Assembly: GCA_964016885.1 (NCBI GenBank)
Contig: OZ024742.1
Span: 371,504,001 to 371,568,000 of the forward strand
Source of the DNA: Eledone cirrhosa
Taxonomy: Eukaryota
Direction of reading: 5' to 3'
DNA: 64,000 nucleotides
Made by a program: the position numbers and the translations under genes. How positions within the stretch are numbered: the stretch's first letter is position 1; the number at the start of each line of letters is the position of its first letter. The notes under the pieces were generated by a model that saw only the letters and a program-made list of their open reading frames with translations, searched no databases and was not told where the DNA came from. This document shows positions 60,423-64,000 of this stretch, in pieces.

Positions 60423-63400
60423 CATATAAACATATATAATAAATACAATTAATCTCGTCCAAGGGAACATATAAACATATATAATAAATACAATTAATTA
60501 TTGCTAGGAATAAATAAACATATATAATAAATACAATTAATTATTGCTAGGAACATATAAACATATATAATAAATACAATTAATTATTGCTAGGAATAAA
60601 TAAACATATATAATAAATACAATTAATTGTTGCTAGGAACATATAAACATATATAATAAATACAATTAATTATTGCTAGGAACATATAAACATATATAAT
60701 AAATACAATTAACTATTGCTAGGAACATATAATAAATACAATTAATTATTGTTAGGAACATATAAACATATAATAAATACAATTAATTATTGCTAGGAAC
60801 ATATAAACATATATAATAAATACAATTAATTATTGCTAGGAACATAGAAACATATATAATAAACACAATTCACTATTGCTAGGAACAAATAAACATATAT
60901 AATAAATACAATTAATTTTCGCTAGGAACATATAAACATATATAATAAATACAATTAATTATTGCTAGAAACAAATAAACATATATAATAAATACAATTA
61001 ATTATTGCTAGGAACATATAAACATATATAATAAATATAATTAATTATTGTTAGGAACATATAAACATATATAATAAACACAATTAATTATTGCTAGGAA
61101 CATATAAACATATATAATAAATACAATTAATTATTGCTAGGAACATATAAACATATATAATAAATACAATTAATTATTGCTAGGAACATATAAACATATA
61201 TAATAAATACAATTAATAATTGTTAGGAACAAATAAACATATATAATAAATACAATTAATTATTGCTAGGAACATATAAACATAAATAATAAATACAATT
61301 AACTATTGCTAGGAACATATAAACATATATAATAAATACAATTAATTATTGCTAGGAACATATAAACATATATAATAAATACAATTAATTATTGTTATGA
61401 ACATATAATAAATACAATTAATTATTGTTAGGAACATATAAACACATATAATAAATACAATTAATTATTGTTAGGAACATATAAACACATATAATAAATA
61501 CAATTAATTATTGTTAGGAACATATAAACATATAATAAATACAATTAATTATTGCTAGGAACATATAAATATATAATAAATACAATTAATTATTGCTAGG
61601 AACACATAAACATATAATAAATACAATTAATTATTGCTAGGAACATATAAACATATATAATAAATACAATTAATTATTGTTAGGAACAAATAAACATATA
61701 TAATAAATACAATTAATTATTGCTAGGAACATATATAATAAATACAATTAACTATTGCTACGAACATATACACATATATCATAAATACAATTAATTATTG
61801 CTAGGAACATATAAACATATATAATAAATACAATTAATTATTGCTAGGAACATATAAACATATATAATAAACACGATTAACTATTGCTAGGAACAAATAA
61901 ACATATATAATAAATACAATTAATTATTGCTAGGAACATATAAACATATATAATAAATACAATTAACTACTGCTAGGAACATATAAACACATATAATAAA
62001 CACAATTAACTATTGCTAGGAACAAAGAAACATATATAATAAATACAATTAATTATTGCTAGGAACATATAAACATATATAATAAATACAATTAATTATT
62101 GCTAGGAACATATAAACATATATAATAAATACAATTAATTATTGCTAGGAACATATAAACATATATAATAAATACAATTAATTATTGCTAGGAACATATA
62201 AACATATATAATAAATACAATTAATTATTGCTAGGAACATATAAACATATATAATAAATACAATTAATTATTGCTAGGAACATATAAACATATATAATAA
62301 ATACAATTAATTATTGCTAGGAACATATAAACATATATAATAAATACAATTAACTATTGCTAGGAACATATAAACATATATAATAAATACAATTAATTAT
62401 TGCTAGGAACCTATAAACATATATAATAAATACAATTAACTATTGCTAGGAACCTATAAACATATATAATAAATACAATTAATTATTGCTATGAACCTAT
62501 AAACATATATAATAAATACAATTAATTATTGCTAGGAACATATAAACATATATAATAAATACAATTAATTATTGTTAGGAACATATAAACACATATAATA
62601 AATACAATTAATTATTGCTAGGAACATATAAACATATATAATAAATACAATTAATTATTGTTAGGAACATATAAACACATATAATAAATACAATTAATTA
62701 TTGCTAGGAACATATTAACATATATAATAAATAAAATTAATTATTGCTAGGAACATATAAACATATATAATAAATACAATTAATTATTGCTAGGAACAAA
62801 TAAACATATATAATGAATACAATTAATTATTGCTAGGAACATATAAACATATATAATAAATACAATTAATTATTGTTAGGAACATATAAACATATATAAT
62901 AAATACAATTAATTATTGTTAGGAACATATAAACATATATAATAAATACAATTAATTATTGCTAGGAACAAATAAACATATATAATAAATACAATTAATT
63001 ATCGCTAGGAACATATAAACATATATAATAAATACAATTAATTATTGCTAGGAACATATAAACATATATAATAAATACAATTAATTATTGCTGGGAACAA
63101 ATAAACATATATAATGAATACAATTAACTATTGCTAGGAACATATAAACATATAATAAATACAATTAATTATTGCTAGGAACATATAAACATATACAATA
63201 AATACAATTAATTATTGCTAGGAACATATAAACATATATAATAAATACAATTAATTATTGCTAGGAACATATAAACATATATAATAAATACAATTAATTA
63301 TTGTTAGGAACATATAAACATATAATAAATACAATTAATTACTGCTAGGAACATATAAACATATATAATAAATATAATTAATTATTGCTAGGAACATATA

Positions 63401-64000
63401 AACATATATAATAAATACAATTAACTATTGCTAGGAACATATAAACATATATAATAAATACAATTAACTACTGCTAGGAACAAATAAACATATATAATAA
63501 ATACAATTAATTATTGCTAGGAACATATAAACATATAATAAATACAGTTAATTATTGCTAGGAACATATAAACATATAATAAATACAGTTAATTATTGCT
63601 AGGAACATATAAACATATATAATAAATACAATTATTGTTAGGAACATATAATAAATACAATTAATTATTGTTATGAACATATAAACATATATAATAAATA
63701 CAATTCATTATTGCTAGGAACATATAAACATATATAATAAATACAATTAACTATTGCTAGGAACATATAATAAATACAATTAACTACTGCCAGGAACAAA
63801 TAAACTTATATAATAAATACAATTAATTATTGTTAGGAACATATAAACATATAATAAATACAATTAATTATTGCTTGGAACATATAAACATATATAATAA
63901 TTACAATTAATTATTGCTAGGAACATATAAATATATATAATAAATACAATTAACTATTGCTAGGAACAAATAAACATATAGAATAAATACAATTAATTAT

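Larger units (their letters stand above)
34800..64000 (+). repeat. 43-bp AT-rich satellite array interrupted by RTE insertions; continues beyond the window
   Basis: Unit aataaatacaattaattattgctaggaacatataaacatatat. Blocks at 34800-34890, 39836-40648, 41232-46015, 46807-49283, 50077-52960, 56812-56874 and 60423-64000. Confidence 0.97.

Noticed and set aside
60423-60462. N-terminus MDEINCIYYICLYA of the 1062-aa ORF as a real start
   Set aside because: Starts at TTG within the satellite/junction duplication; the element is 5'-truncated. The N-terminus of ORF 17028 is likewise flanking DNA.

Overview
Eukaryotic, repeat-dominated window. The SINE/LINE repertoire looks like a coleoid cephalopod (probably octopus); this is recalled resemblance and has not been searched. 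Two host genes can be read by hand on the + strand. (1) The last three exons of an S1-family chymotrypsin-like serine protease lie at 1994-2165, 11835-11971 and 13390-13590 (DIAL and GDSGGP motifs, phase-consistent GT-AG introns). (2) Coding exon 1 of an mRNA-decapping enzyme DCP2 homologue lies at 31343-31428; its first intron apparently runs past the window end. The rest is tandem arrays (29, 38, 48, 28, 53 and 43 bp units plus microsatellites), tRNA-derived SINEs, and non-LTR retrotransposons: two young RTE-type families, a decayed CR1-type element, two Tx1/L1-clade 3' fragments and a CRE-like relic. Main points of interest: (a) both young RTE families carry a C4HC3 PHD-type finger inside the EN-RT ORF and are concentrated in a 43-bp AT-rich satellite at recurrent positions, while the other two large arrays have no insertions; (b) the single-copy seed of that satellite is visible at about 16.4-16.9 kb; (c) a 7.8-kb intronic satellite is a roughly 268-fold amplification of the protease intron's branch-point/acceptor segment; (d) the full-length RTE has about 405-bp tandem 5'-UTR monomers; (e) two Tx1-like elements are stacked at one 20-bp target.
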